Origin: Nemertoderma westbladi
Lineage: Eukaryota; Animalia; Xenacoelomorpha
Reading direction: 5' to 3'
Assembly (NCBI GenBank): GCA_032718475.1
Contig: JAUCBJ010006976.1
Coordinates: forward strand, 1 to 64,000
Length of the DNA: 64,000 nt
Part shown: positions 35,601-50,600 of the stretch, one piece after another
How positions within the stretch are numbered: position 1 is the stretch's first letter
Layout of the letters: each line of letters starts with the position of its first letter
Notes under the pieces: model-generated
The model's input: only the letters and a program-made list of their open reading frames with translations
The model's database searches: none
Told to the model about the DNA's origin: nothing
Translations under genes and position numbers: made by a program

Positions 35601-38600
35601 TTACAGGAATAAATAGCCGACACACTGAAGTGAGTAAAAGTTACCGGAATAAATAGCCGACAAACTGAAGTGAGTAAAAGTTACAGGAATAAATAGCCGA
35701 CACACTGAAGTGAGTAAAAGTTACCGTAATAAATAGCCGACACACTGAAGTGAGTAAAAGTTACCGTAATAAATAGCCGACACACTGAAGTGAGTAAAAG
35801 TTGCCGTAATAAATAGCCGACACACTGAAGTGAGTAAAAGTTACCGTAATAAATAGCCGACACACTGAAGTGAGTAAAAGTTACAGGAATAAATAGCCGA
35901 CACACTGAAGTGAGTAAAAGTTACAGGAATAAATAGCCGACACACTGAAGTGAGTAAAAGTTACCGTAATAAATAGCCGACACACTGAAGTGAGTAAAAG
36001 TTACCGTAATAAATAGCCGACACACTGAAGTGAGTAAAAGTTACAGGAATAAATAGCCGACACACTGAAGTGAGTAAAAGTTACAGGAATAAATAGCCGA
36101 CACACTGAAGTGAGTAAAAGTTACAGGAATAAATAGCCGACACACTGAAGTGAGTAAAAGTTACCGTAATAAATAGCCGACACACTGAAGTGAGTAAAAG
36201 TTACCGTAATAAATAGCCGACACACTGAAGTGAGTAAAAGTTACCGTAATAAATAGCCGACACACTGAAGTGAGTAAAAGTTACCGTAATAAATAGCCGA
36301 CACACTGAAGTGAGTAAAAGTTACCGTAATAAATAGCCGACACACTGAAGTGAGTAAAAGTTACCGTAATAAATAGCCGACACACTGAAGTGAGTAAAAG
36401 TTACCGTAATAAATAGCCGACACACTGAAGTGAGTAAAAGTTACCGTAATAAATAGCCGACACACTGAAGTGAGTAAAAGTTACAGGAATAAATAGCCGG
36501 CACACTGGAGTGAGTAAAAGTTACCGGAATAAATAGCCGACACACTGAGGTGAGTAAAGGTTACCGTAATAAATAGCCGACACACTGAAGTGAGTAAAAG
36601 TTACCGTAATAAATAGCCGACACACTGAAGTGAGTAAAAGTTACCGTAATAAATAGCCGACACACTGGAGTGAGTAAAAGTTACCGGAATAAATAGCCGA
36701 CACACTGAATGAAGTGAGTAAAAGTTACCGTAATAAATAGCCGACGCACTGAAGTGAGTAAAAGTTACCGTAATAAATAGCCGACACACTGAAGTGAGTA
36801 AAGGTTACCGTAATAAATAGCCGACACACTGAAGTGAGTAAAAGTTACCGTAATAAATAGCCGACACACTGAAGTGAGTAAAAGTTACCGTAATAAATAG
36901 CCGACACACTGGAGTGAGTAAAAGTTACCGTAATAAATAGCCGACACACTGAAGTGAGTAAAAGTTACAGGAATAAATAGCCGACACACTGAAGTGAGTA
37001 AAAGTTACAGGAATAAATAGCCGACACACTGAAGTGAGTAAAAGTTACAGGAATAAATAGCCGACACACTGAAGTGAGTAAAAGTTACAGGAATAAATAG
37101 CCGACACACTGAAGTGAGTAAAAGTTACAGGAATAAATAGCCGACACACTGAAGTGAGTAAAAGTTACAGGAATAAATAGCCGACACACTGAAGTGAGTA
37201 AAAGTTACCGTAATAAATAGCCGACACACTGAAGTGAGTAAAAGTTACAGGAATAAATAGCCGACACACTGAAGTGAGTAAAAGTTACAGGAATAAATAG
37301 CCGACACACTGAAGTGAGTAAAAGTTACCGGAATAAATAGCTGACAAACTGAAGTGAGTAAAAGTTGCCGTAATAAATAGCCGACACACTGAAGTGAGTA
37401 AAAGTTACCGTAATAAATAGCCGACACACTGAAGTGAGTAAAAGTTACCGTAATAAATAGCCGACACACTGAAGTGAGTAAAAGTTGCCGTAATAAATAG
37501 CCGACACACTGAAGTGAGTAAAAGTTACCGTAATAAATAGCCGACACACTGAAGTGAGTAAAAGTTACCGTAATAAATAGCCGACACACTGAAGTGAGTA
37601 AAAGTTACCGTAATAAATAGCCGACACACTGAAGTGAGTAAAAGTTACCGTAATAAATAGCCGGCACACTGAAGTGAGTAAAAGTTACAGGAATAAATAG
37701 CCGACACACTGAAGTGAGTAAAAGTTACAGGAATAAATAGCCGACACACTGAAGTGAGTAAAAGTTACAGGAATAAATAGCCGACACACTGAAGTGAGTA
37801 AAAGTTACAGGAATAAATAGCCGACACACTGAAGTGAGTAAAAGTTACCGTAATAAATAGCCGACACACTGAAGTGAGTAAAAGTTACAGGAATAAATAG
37901 CCGACACACTGAAGTGAGTAAAAGTTACAGGAATAAATAGCCGACACACTGAAGTGAGTAAAAGTTACCGGAATAAATAGCCGACACACTGAAGTGAGTA
38001 AAAGTTACAGGAATAAATAGCCGACACACTGAAGTGAGTAAAAGTTACCGTAATAAATAGCCGACACACTGAAGTGAGTAAAAGTTACCGTAATAAATAG
38101 CCGACACACTGAAGTGAGTAAAAGTTGCCGTAATAAATAGCCGACACACTGAAGTGAGTAAAAGTTACCGTAATAAATAGCCGACACACTGAAGTGAGTA
38201 AAAGTTACAGGAATAAATAGCCGACACACTGAAGTGAGTAAAAGTTACAGGAATAAATAGCCGACACACTGAAGTGAGTAAAAGTTACCGTAATAAATAG
38301 CCGACACACTGAAGTGAGTAAAAGTTACCGTAATAAATAGCCGACACACTGAAGTGAGTAAAAGTTACAGGAATAAATAGCCGACACACTGAAGTGAGTA
38401 AAAGTTACAGGAATAAATAGCCGACACACTGAAGTGAGTAAAAGTTACAGGAATAAATAGCCGACACACTGAAGTGAGTAAAAGTTACCGTAATAAATAG
38501 CCGACACACTGAAGTGAGTAAAAGTTACCGTAATAAATAGCCGACACACTGAAGTGAGTAAAAGTTACCGTAATAAATAGCCGACACACTGAAGTGAGTA

Positions 38601-41600
38601 AAAGTTACCGTAATAAATAGCCGACACACTGAAGTGAGTAAAAGTTACCGTAATAAATAGCCGACACACTGAAGTGAGTAAAAGTTACCGTAATAAATAG
38701 CCGACACACTGAAGTGAGTAAAAGTTACCGTAATAAATAGCCGACACACTGAAGTGAGTAAAAGTTACCGTAATAAATAGCCGACACACTGAAGTGAGTA
38801 AAAGTTACAGGAATAAATAGCCGACACACTGGAGTGAGTAAAAGTTACCGGAATAAATAGCCGACACACTGAGGTGAGTAAAGGTTACCGTAATAAATAG
38901 CCGACACACTGAAGTGAGTAAAAGTTACCGTAATAAATAGCCGACACACTGAAGTGAGTAAAAGTTACCGTAATAAATAGCCGACACACTGGAGTGAGTA
39001 AAAGTTACCGGAATAAATAGCCGACACACTGAATGAAGTGAGTAAAAGTTACCGTAATAAATAGCCGACGCACTGAAGTGAGTAAAAGTTACCGTAATAA
39101 ATAGCCGACACACTGAAGTGAGTAAAGGTTACCGTAATAAATAGCCGACACACTGAAGTGAGTAAAAGTTACCGTAATAAATAGCCGACACACTGAAGTG
39201 AGTAAAAGTTACCGTAATAAATAGCCGACACACTGGAGTGAGTAAAAGTTACCGTAATAAATAGCCGACACACTGAAGTGAGTAAAAGTTACCGTAATAA
39301 ATAGCCGACACACTGGAGTGAGTAAAAGTTACCGGAATAAATAGCCGACACACTGAATGAAGTGAGTAAAAGTTACCGTAATAAATAGCCGACGCACTGA
39401 AGTGAGTAAAAGTTACCGTAATAAATAGCCGACACACTGAAGTGAGTAAAAGTTACCGTAATAAATAGCCGACACACTGAAGTGAGTAAAAGTTACCGGA
39501 ATAAATAGCCGACACACTGAATGAAGTGAGTAAAAGTTACCGTAATAAATAGCCGACGCACTGAAGTGAGTAAAAGTTACCGTAATAAATAGCCGACACA
39601 CTGAAGTGAGTAAAAGTTACCGTAATAAATAGCCGACACACTGAAGTGAGTAAAAGTTACCGTAATAAATAGCCGACACACTGAAGTGAGTAAAAGTTAC
39701 CGTAATAAATAGCCGACACACTGAAGTGAGTAAAAGTTACCGTAATAAATAGCCGACACACTGAGAGTGAGTAAAAGTTACCGTAATAAATAGCCGACAC
39801 ACTGAAGTGAGTAAAAGTTACAGGAATAAATAGCCGACACACTGAAGTGAGTAAAAGTTACAGGAATAAATAGCCGACACACTGAAGTGAGTAAAAGTTA
39901 CCGTAATAAATAGCCGACACACTGAAGTGAGTAAAAGTTACAGGAATAAATAGCCGACACACTGAAGTGAGTAAAAGTTACAGGAATAAATAGCCGACAC
40001 ACTGAAGTGAGTAAAAGTTACCGGAATAAATAGCCGACACACTGAAGTGAGTAAAAGTTACCGGAATAAATAGCCGACACACTGAAGTGAGTAAAAGTTA
40101 CCGTAATAAATAGCCGACACACTGAAGTGAGTAAAAGTTACCGTAATAAATAGCCGACACACTGAAGTGAGTAAAAGTTGCCGTAATAAATAGCCGACAC
40201 ACTGAAGTGAGTAAAAGTTACCGTAATAAATAGCCGACACACTGAAGTGAGTAAAAGTTACAGGAATAAATAGCCGACACACTGAAGTGAGTAAAAGTTA
40301 CAGGAATAAATAGCCGACACACTGAAGTGAGTAAAAGTTACAGTAATAAATAGCCGACACACTGAAGTGAGTAAAAGTTACCGTAATAAATAGCCGACAC
40401 ACTGAAGTGAGTAAAAGTTACAGGAATAAATAGCCGACACACTGAAGTGAGTAAAAGTTACAGGAATAAATAGCCGACACACTGAAGTGAGTAAAAGTTA
40501 CAGGAATAAATAGCCGACACACTGAAGTGAGTAAAAGTTACCGTAATAAATAGCCGACACACTGAAGTGAGTAAAAGTTACCGTAATAAATAGCCGACAC
40601 ACTGAAGTGAGTAAAAGTTACCGTAATAAATAGCCGACACACTGAAGTGAGTAAAAGTTACCGTAATAAATAGCCGACACACTGAAGTGAGTAAAAGTTA
40701 CCGTAATAAATAGCCGACACACTGAAGTGAGTAAAAGTTACCGTAATAAATAGCCGACACACTGAAGTGAGTAAAAGTTACAGGAATAAATAGCCGGCAC
40801 ACTGGAGTGAGTAAAAGTTACCGGAATAAATAGCCGACACACTGAGGTGAGTAAAGGTTACCGTAATAAATAGCCGACACACTGAAGTGAGTAAAAGTTA
40901 CCGTAATAAATAGCCGACACACTGAAGTGAGTAAAAGTTACCGTAATAAATAGCCGACACACTGGAGTGAGTAAAAGTTACCGGAATAAATAGCCGACAC
41001 ACTGAATGAAGTGAGTAAAAGTTACCGTAATAAATAGCCGACGCACTGAAGTGAGTAAAAGTTACCGTAATAAATAGCCGACACACTGAAGTGAGTAAAG
41101 GTTACCGTAATAAATAGCCGACACACTGAAGTGAGTAAAAGTTACCGTAATAAATAGCCGACACACTGAAGTGAGTAAAAGTTACCGTAATAAATAGCCG
41201 ACACACTGGAGTGAGTAAAAGTTACCGTAATAAATAGCCGACACACTGAAGTGAGTAAAAGTTACCGTAATAAATAGCCGACACACTGGAGTGAGTAAAA
41301 GTTACCGGAATAAATAGCCGACACACTGAATGAAGTGAGTAAAAGTTACCGTAATAAATAGCCGACGCACTGAAGTGAGTAAAAGTTACCGTAATAAATA
41401 GCCGACACACTGAAGTGAGTAAAAGTTACCGTAATAAATAGCCGACACACTGAAGTGAGTAAAAGTTACCGGAATAAATAGCCGACACACTGAATGAAGT
41501 GAGTAAAAGTTACCGTAATAAATAGCCGACGCACTGAAGTGAGTAAAAGTTACCGTAATAAATAGCCGACACACTGAAGTGAGTAAAAGTTACAGGAATA

Positions 41601-44600
41601 AATAGCCGACACACTGAAGTGAGTAAAAGTTACAGGAATAAATAGCCGACACACTGAAGTGAGTAAAAGTTACCGGAATAAATAACCGACACACTGAAGT
41701 GAGTAAAAGTTACCGGAATAAATAGCCGACACACTGAAGTGAGTAAAAGTTACAGGAATAAATAGCCGACACACTGAAGTGAGTAAAAGTTACAGGAATA
41801 AATAGCCGACACACTGAAGTGAGTAAAAGTTACAGGAATAAATAGCCGACACACTGAAGTGAGTAAAAGTTACCGGAATAAATAGCCGACACACTGAAGT
41901 GAGTAAAAGTTACCGGAATAAATAACCGACACACTGAAGTGAGTAAAAGTTACCGGAATAAATAGCCGACACACTGAAGTGAGTAAAAGTTACAGGAATA
42001 AATAGCCGACACACTGAAGTGAGTAAAAGTTACAGGAATAAATAGCCGACACACTGAAGTGAGTAAAAGTTACAGGAATAAATAGCCGACACACTGAAGT
42101 GAGTAAAAGTTACCGTAATAGATAGCCGACACACTGAAGTGAGTAAAAGTTACAGGAATAAATAGCCGACACACTGAAGTGAGTAAAAGTTACCGGAATA
42201 AATAACCGACACACTGAAGTGAGTAAAAGTTACCGTAATAAATAGCCGGCACACTGGAGTGAGTAAAAGTTACCGTAATAAATAGCCGACACACTGAAGT
42301 GAGTAAAAGTTACAGGAATAAATAGCCGACACACTGAAGTGAGTAAAAGTTACCGTAATAAATAGCCGGCACACTGGAGTGAGTAAAAGTTACCGTAATA
42401 AATAGCCGACACACTGAAGTGAGTAAAAGTTACAGGAATAAATAGCCGACACACTGAAGTGAGTAAAAGTTACAGGAATAAATAGCCGACACACTGAAGT
42501 GAGTAAAAGTTACCGTAATAAATAGCCGACACACTGAAGTGAGTAAAAGTTACAGGAATAAATAGCCGACACACTGAAGTGAGTAAAAGTTACCGGAATA
42601 AATAACCGACACACTGAAGTGAGTAAAAGTTACCGGAATAAATAGCCGACACACTGAAGTGAGTAAAAGTTACAGGAATAAATAGCCGACACACTGAAGT
42701 GAGTAAAAGTTACAGGAATAAATAGCCGACACACTGAAGTGAGTAAAAGTTACAGGAATAAATAGCCGACACACTGAAGTGAGTAAAAGTTACCGGAATA
42801 AATAACCGACACACTGAAGTGAGTAAAAGTTACCGGAATAAATAGCCGACACACTGAAGTGAGTAAAAGTTACAGGAATAAATAGCCGACACACTGAAGT
42901 GAGTAAAAGTTACATGAATAAATAGCCGACACACTGAAGTGAGTAAAAGTTACCGTAATAAATAGCCGACACACTGAAGTGAGTAAAAGTTACAGGAATA
43001 AATAGCCGACACACTGAAGTGAGTAAAAGTTACCGTAATAAATAGCCGACACACTGAAGTGAGTAAAAGTTACCGTAATAAATAGCCGGCACACTGAAGT
43101 GAGTAAAAGTTACCGTAATAAATAGCCGACACACTGAAGTGAGTAAAAGTTACCGTAATAAATAGCCGACACACTGAAGTGAGTAAAAGTTACAGGAATA
43201 AATAGCCGACACACTGAAGTGAGTAAAAGTTACAGGAATAAATAGCCGACACACTGAAGTGAGTAAAAATTACAGGAATAAATAGCCGACACACTGAAGT
43301 GAGTAAAAGTTACCGTAATAAATAGCCGACACACTGAAGTGAGTAAAAGTTACAGGAATAAATAGCCGACACACTGAAGTGAGTAAAAGTTACCGTAATA
43401 AATAGCCGACACACTGGAGTGAGTAAAAGTTACCGGAATAAATAACCGACACACTGAAGTGAGTAAAAGTTACCGGAATAAATAGCCGACACACTGAAGT
43501 GAGTAAAAGTTACAGGAATAAATAGCCGACACACTGAAGTGAGTAAAAGTTACAGGAATAAATAGCCGACACACTGAAGTGAGTAAAAGTTACAGGAATA
43601 AATAGCCGACACACTGAAGTGAGTAAAAGTTACCGTAATAAATAGCCGACACACTGAAGTGAGTAAAAGTTACAGGAATAAATAGCCAACACACTGAAGT
43701 GAGTAAAAGTTACCGTAATAAATAGCCGACACACTGGAGTGAGTAAAAGTTACCGGAATAAATAACCGACACACTGAAGTGAGTAAAAGTTACCGGAATA
43801 AATAGCCGACACACTGAAGTGAGTAAAAGTTACAGGAATAAATAGCCGACACACTGAAGTGAGTAAAAGTTACAGGAATAAATAGCTGACACACTGAAGT
43901 GAGTAAAAGTTACCGGAATAAATAACCGACACACTGAAGTGAGTAAAAGTTACCGGAATAAATAGCCGACACACTGAAGTGAGTAAAAGTTACAGGAATA
44001 AATAGCCGACACACTGAAGTGAGTAAAAGTTACAGGAATAAATAGCCGACACACTGAAGTGATTAAAAGTTACAGGAATAAATAGCCGACACACTGAAGT
44101 GAGTAAAAGTTACCGGAATAAATAACCGACACACTGAAGTGAGTAAAAGTTACCGGAATAAATAGCCGACACACTGAAGTGAGTAAAAGTTACAGGAATA
44201 AATAGCCGACACACTGAAGTGAGTAAAAGTTACAGGAATAAATAGCCGACACACTGAAGTGAGTAAAAGTTACCGTAATAAATAGCCGACACACTGAAGT
44301 GAGTAAAAGTTACAGGAATAAATAGCCGACACACTGAAGTGAGTAAAAGTTACCGGAATAAATAACCGACACACTGAAGTGAGTAAAAGTTACCGGAATA
44401 AATAGCCGACACACTGAAGTGAGTAAAAGTTACAGGAATAAATAGCCGACACACTGAAGTGAGTAAAAGTTACAGGAATAAATAGCCGACACACTGAAGT
44501 GAGTAAAAGTTACAGGAATAAATAGCCGACACACTGAAGTGAGTAAAAGTTACCGGAATAAATAACCGACACACTGAAGTGAGTAAAAGTTACCGGAATA

Positions 44601-47600
44601 AATAGCCGACACACTGAAGTGAGTAAAAGTTACAGGAATAAATAGCCGACACACTGAAGTGAGTAAAAGTTACAGGAATAAATAGCCGACACACTGAAGT
44701 GAGTAAAAGTTACCGTAATAAATAGCCGACACACTGAAGTGAGTAAAAGTTACAGGAATAAATAGCCGACACACTGAAGTGAGTAAAAGTTACCGTAATA
44801 AATAGCCGACACACTGAAGTGAGTAAAAGTTACCGTAATAAATAGCCGGCACACTGAAGTGAGTAAAAGTTACCGTAATAAATAGCCGACACATTGAAGT
44901 GAGTAAAAGTTACCGGAATAAATAGCTGACACACTGAAGTGAGTAAAAGTTACCGGAATAAATAGCCGACACACTGAAGTGAGTAAAAGTTACCGTAATA
45001 AATAGCCGACACACTGAAGTGAGTAAAAGTTACAGGAATAAATAGCCGACACACTGAAGTGAGTAAAAGTTACAGGAATAAATAGCCGACACACTGAAGT
45101 GAGTAAAAGTTACAGGAATAAATAGCCGACACACTGAAGTGAGTAAAAGTTACCGTAATAAATAGCCGGCACACTGAAGTGAGTAAAAGTTACCGTAATA
45201 AATAGCCGACACACTGAAGTGAGTAAAAGTTACCGTAATAAATAGCCGACACACTGAAGTGAGTAAAAGTTACAGGAATAAATAGCCGACACACTGAAGT
45301 GAGTAAAAGTTACCGTAATAAATAGCCGACACACTGAAGTAAGTAAAAGTTACAGGAATAAATAGCCGACACACTGAAGTGAGTAAAAGTTACCGTAATA
45401 AATAGCCGACACACTGAAGTGAGTAAAAGTTACAGGAATAAATAGCCGACACACTGAAGTGAGTAAAAGTTACCGGAATAAATAACCGACACACTGAAGT
45501 GAGTAAAAGTTACAGGAATAAATAGCCGACACACTGAAGTGAGTAAAAGTTACAGGAATAAATAGCCGACACACTGAAGTGAGTAAAAGTTACCGTAATA
45601 AATAGCCGACACACTGAAGTGAGTAAAAGTTACAGGAATAAATAGCCGACACACTGAAGTGAGTAAAAGTTACCGTAATAAATAGCCGACACACTGCAGT
45701 GAGTAAAAGTTACCGGAATAAATAGCCGACACACTGAAGTGAGTAAAAGTTACCGGAATAAATAGCCGACACACTGAAGTGAGTAAAAGTTACCGTAATA
45801 AATAGCCGACACACTGAAGTGAGTAAAAGTTACCGTAATAAATAGCCGACACACTGAAGTGAGTAAAAGTTACCGTAATAAATAGCCGACACACTGAAGT
45901 GAGTAAAAGTTACCGGAATAAATAGCCGACACACTGAAGTGAGTAAAAGTTACCGGAATAAATAGCCGACACACTGAAGTGAGTAAAGGTTACCGTAATA
46001 AATAGCCGACACACTGAAGTGAGTAAAAGTTACCGTAATAAATAGCCGACACACTGAAGTGAGTAAAAGTTACCGTAATAAATAGCCGACACACTGAAGT
46101 GAGTAAAAGTTACCGGAATAAATAGCCGACACACTGAAGTGAGTAAAAGTTACCGTAATAAATAGCCGACACACTGAAGTGAGTAAAAGTTACCGTAATA
46201 AATAGCCGACACACTGAAGTGAGTAAAAGTTACAGGAATAAATAGCCGACACACTGAAGTGAGTAAAATTTACCGTAATAAATAGCCGACACACTGAAGT
46301 GAGTAAAAGTTACCGGAATAAATAGCCGACACACTGAAGTGAGTAAAAGTTACCGTAATAAATAGCCGACACACATGAAGTGAGTAAAAGTTACCGTAAT
46401 AAATAGCCGACACACTGAAGTGAGTAAAAGTTACAGGAATAAATAGCCGACACACTGAAGTGAGTAAAAGTTACCGTAATAAATAGCCGACACACTGAAG
46501 TGAGTAAAAGTTACAGGAATAAATAGCCGACACACTGAAGTGAGTAAAAGTTACCGTAATAAATAGCCGACACACTGAAGTGAGTAAAAGTTACAGGAAT
46601 AAATAGCCGACACACTGAAGTGAGTAAAAGTTACCGGAATAAATAACCGACACACTGAAGTGAGTAAAAGTTACAGGAATAAATAGCCGACACACTGAAG
46701 TGAGTAAAAGTTACAGGAATAAATAGCCGACACACTGAAGTGAGTAAAAGTTACCGTAATAAATAGCCGACACACTGAAGTGAGTAAAAGTTACAGGAAT
46801 AAATAGCCGACACACTGAAGTGAGTAAAAATTACCAGAATAAATAGCCGGCACACTGAAGTGAGTAAAAGTTACAGGAATAAATAGCCGACACACTGAAG
46901 TGAGTAAAAGTTACAGGAATAAATAGCCGACACACTGAAGTGAGTAAAAGTTACAGGAATAAATAGCCGACACACTGAAGTGAGTAAAAGTTACAGGAAT
47001 AAATAGCCGACACACTGAATTGAGTAAAAGTTACAGGAATAAATAGCCGACACACTGAAGTGAGTAAAAGTTACAGGAATAAATAGCCGACACACTGAAG
47101 TGAGTAAAAGTTACCGTAATAAATAGCCGACACACTGAAGTGAGTAAAAGTTACAGGAATAAATAGCCGACACACTGAAGTGAGTAAAAGTTACCGTAAT
47201 AAATAGCCGACACACTGAAGTGAGTAAAAGTTACAGGAATAAATAGCCGACACACTGAAGTGAGTAAAAGTTACAGGAATAAATAGCCGACACACTGAAG
47301 TGAGTAAAAGTTACCGTAATAAATAGTCGACACACTGAAGTGAGTAAAAGTTACCGTAATAAATAGCCGGCACACTGAAGTGAGTAAAAGTTACAGGAAT
47401 AAATAGCCGGCACACTGAAGTGAGTAAAAGTTACAGGAATAAATAGCCGACACACTGAAGTGAGTAAAAGTTACAGGAATAAATAGCCGACACACTGAAG
47501 TGAGTAAAAGTTACCGTAATAAATAGCCGGCACACTGAAGTGAGTAAAAGTTACAGGAATAAATAGCCGGCACACTGAAGTGAGTAAAAGTTACCGTAAT

Positions 47601-50600
47601 AAATAGCCGACACACTGAAGTGAGTAAAAGTTACAGGAATAAATAGCCGACACACTGAAGTGAGTAAAAGTTACAGGAATAAATAGCCGACACACTGAAG
47701 TGAGTAAAAGTTACCGTAATAAATAGTCGACACACTGAAGTGAGTAAAAGTTACCGTAATAAATAGCCGGCACACTGAAGTGAGTAAAAGTTACAGGAAT
47801 AAATAGCCGCCACACTGAAGTGAGTAAAAGTTACAGGAATAAATAGCCGACACACTGAAGTGAGTAAAAGTTACAGGAATAAATAGCAGACACACTGAAG
47901 TGAGTAAAAGTTACCGTAATAAATAGCCGGCACACTGAAGTGAGTAAAAGTTACAGAAATAAATAGCCGGCACACTGAAGTGAGTAAAAGTTACCGTAAT
48001 AAATAGCCGACACACTGAAGTGAGTAAAAGTTACAGGAATAAATAGCCGACACACTGAAGTGAGTAAAAATTACCGGAATAAATAGCCGGCACACTGAAG
48101 TGAGTAAAAGTTACAGGAATAAATAGCCGACACACTGAAGTGAGTAAAAGTTACCGTAATAAATAGCCGACACACTGAAGTGAGTAAAAGTTACCGTAAT
48201 AAATAGCCGGCACACTGAAGTGAGTAAAAGTTACAGGAATAAATAGCCGGCACACTGAAGTGAGTAAAAGTTACAGGAATAAATAGCCGACACACTGAAG
48301 TGAGTAAAAGTTACAGGAATAAATAGCCGACACACTGAAGTGAGTAAAAGTTACCGTAATAAATAGCCGGCACACTGAAGTGAGTAAGAGTTACCGTAAT
48401 AAATAGCCGACACACTGAAGTGAGTAAAAGTTACCGTAATAAATAGCCGACACACTGAAGTGAGTAAAAGTTACCGTAATAAATAGCCGGCACACTGAAG
48501 TGAGTAAAAGTTACCGTAATAAATAGCCGGCACACTGAAGTGAGTAAAAGTTACCGTAATAAATAGCCGGCACACTGAAGTGAGTAAAAGTTACCGTAAT
48601 AAATAGCCGGCACACTGAAGTGAGTAAAAGTTACCGTAATAAATAGCCGGCACACTGAAGTGAGTAAAAGTTACCGTAATAAATAGCCGACACACTGAAG
48701 TGAGTAAAAGTTACCGTAATAAATAGCCGACACACTGAAGTGAGTAAAAGTTACCGTAATAAATAGCCGGCACACTGAAGTGAGTAAAAGTTACAGGAAT
48801 AAATAGCCGGCACACTGAAGTGAGTAAAAGTTACAGGAATAAATAGCCGACACACTGAAGTGAGTAAAAGTTACAGGAATAAATAGCCGACACACTGAAG
48901 TGAGTAAAAATTACTGGAATAAATAGCCGGCACACTGAAGTGAGTAAAAGTTACAGGAATAAATAGCCGACACACTGAAGTGAGTAAAAATTACCGGAAT
49001 AAATAGCCGGCACACTGAAGTGAGTAAAAGTTACAGGAATAAATAGCCGACACACTGAAGTGAGTAAAAGTTACCGTAATAAATAGCCGACACACTGAAG
49101 TGAGTAAAAGTTACAGGAATAAATAGCCGGCACACTGAAGTGAGTAAAAGTTACCGTAATAAATAGCCGATACACTGAAGTGAGTAAAAGTTACCGTAAT
49201 AAATAGCCGGCACACTGAGGTGAGTAAAAGTTACCGTAATAAATAGCCGACACACTGGAGTGAGTAAAAGTTACCGTAATAAATAGCCGACACACTGAAG
49301 TGAGTAAAAATTACCGGAATAAATAGCCGGCACACTGAAGTGAGTAAAAGTTACAGGAATAAATAGCCGACACACTGAAGTGAGTAAAAATTACCGGAAT
49401 AAATAGCCGGCACACTGAAGTGAGTAAAAGTTACAGGAATAAATAGCCGACACACTGAAGTGAGTAAAAGTTACCGTAATAAATAGCCGACACACTGAAG
49501 TGAGTAAAAGTTACCGTAATAAATAGCCGGCACACTGAAGTGAGTAAAAGTTACAGGAATAAATAGCCGGCACACTGAAGTGAGTAAAAGTTACAGGAAT
49601 AAATAGCCGACACACTGAAGTGAGTAAAAGTTACAGGAATAAATAGCCGACACACTGAAGTGAGTAAAAGTTACCGTAATAAATAGCCGGCACACTGAAG
49701 TGAGTAAAAGTTACCGTAATAAATAGCCGACACACTGAAGTGAGTAAAAGTTACCGTAATAAATAGCCGACACACTGAAGTGAGTAAAAGTTACCGTAAT
49801 AAATAGCCGGCACACTGAAGTGAGTAAAAGTTACCGTAATAAATAGCCGGCACACTGAAGTGAGTAAAAGTTACCGTAATAAATAGCCGACACACTGGAG
49901 TGAGTAAAAGTTACCGTAATAAATAGCCGACACACTGAAGTGAGTAAAAGTTACCGTAATAAATAGCCGGCACACTGAAGTGAGTAAAAGTTACCGTAAT
50001 AAATAGCCGACACACTGAAGTGAGTAAAAGTTACCGGAATAAATAGCCGACACACTGAAGTGAGTAAAAGTTACCGTAATAAATAGCCGGCACACTGAAG
50101 TGAGTAAAAGTTACCGTAATAAATAGCCGGCACACTGAAGTGAGTAAAAGTTACCGTAATAAATAGCCGACACACTGAAGTGAGTAAAAGTTACCGTAAT
50201 AAATAGCCGACACACTGAAGTGAGTAAAAGTTACCGTAATAAATAGCCGGCACACTGAAGTAAGTAAAAGTTACAGGAATAAATAGCCGGCACACTGAAG
50301 TGAGTAAAAGTTACAGGAATAAATAGCCGACACACTGAAGTGAGTAAAAGTTACAGGAATAAATAGCCGACACACTGAGGTGAGTAAAGGTTACCGTAAT
50401 AAATAGCCGACACACTGAAGTGAGTAAAAGTTACCGTAATAAATAGCCGACACACTGAAGTGAGTAAAAGTTACCGTAATAAATAGCCGACACACTGAAG
50501 TGAGTAAAAGTTACCGTAATAAATAGCCGGCACACTGAAGTGAGTAAAAGTTACAGGAATAAATAGCCGACACACTGAAGTGAGTAAAAGTTACAGGAAT

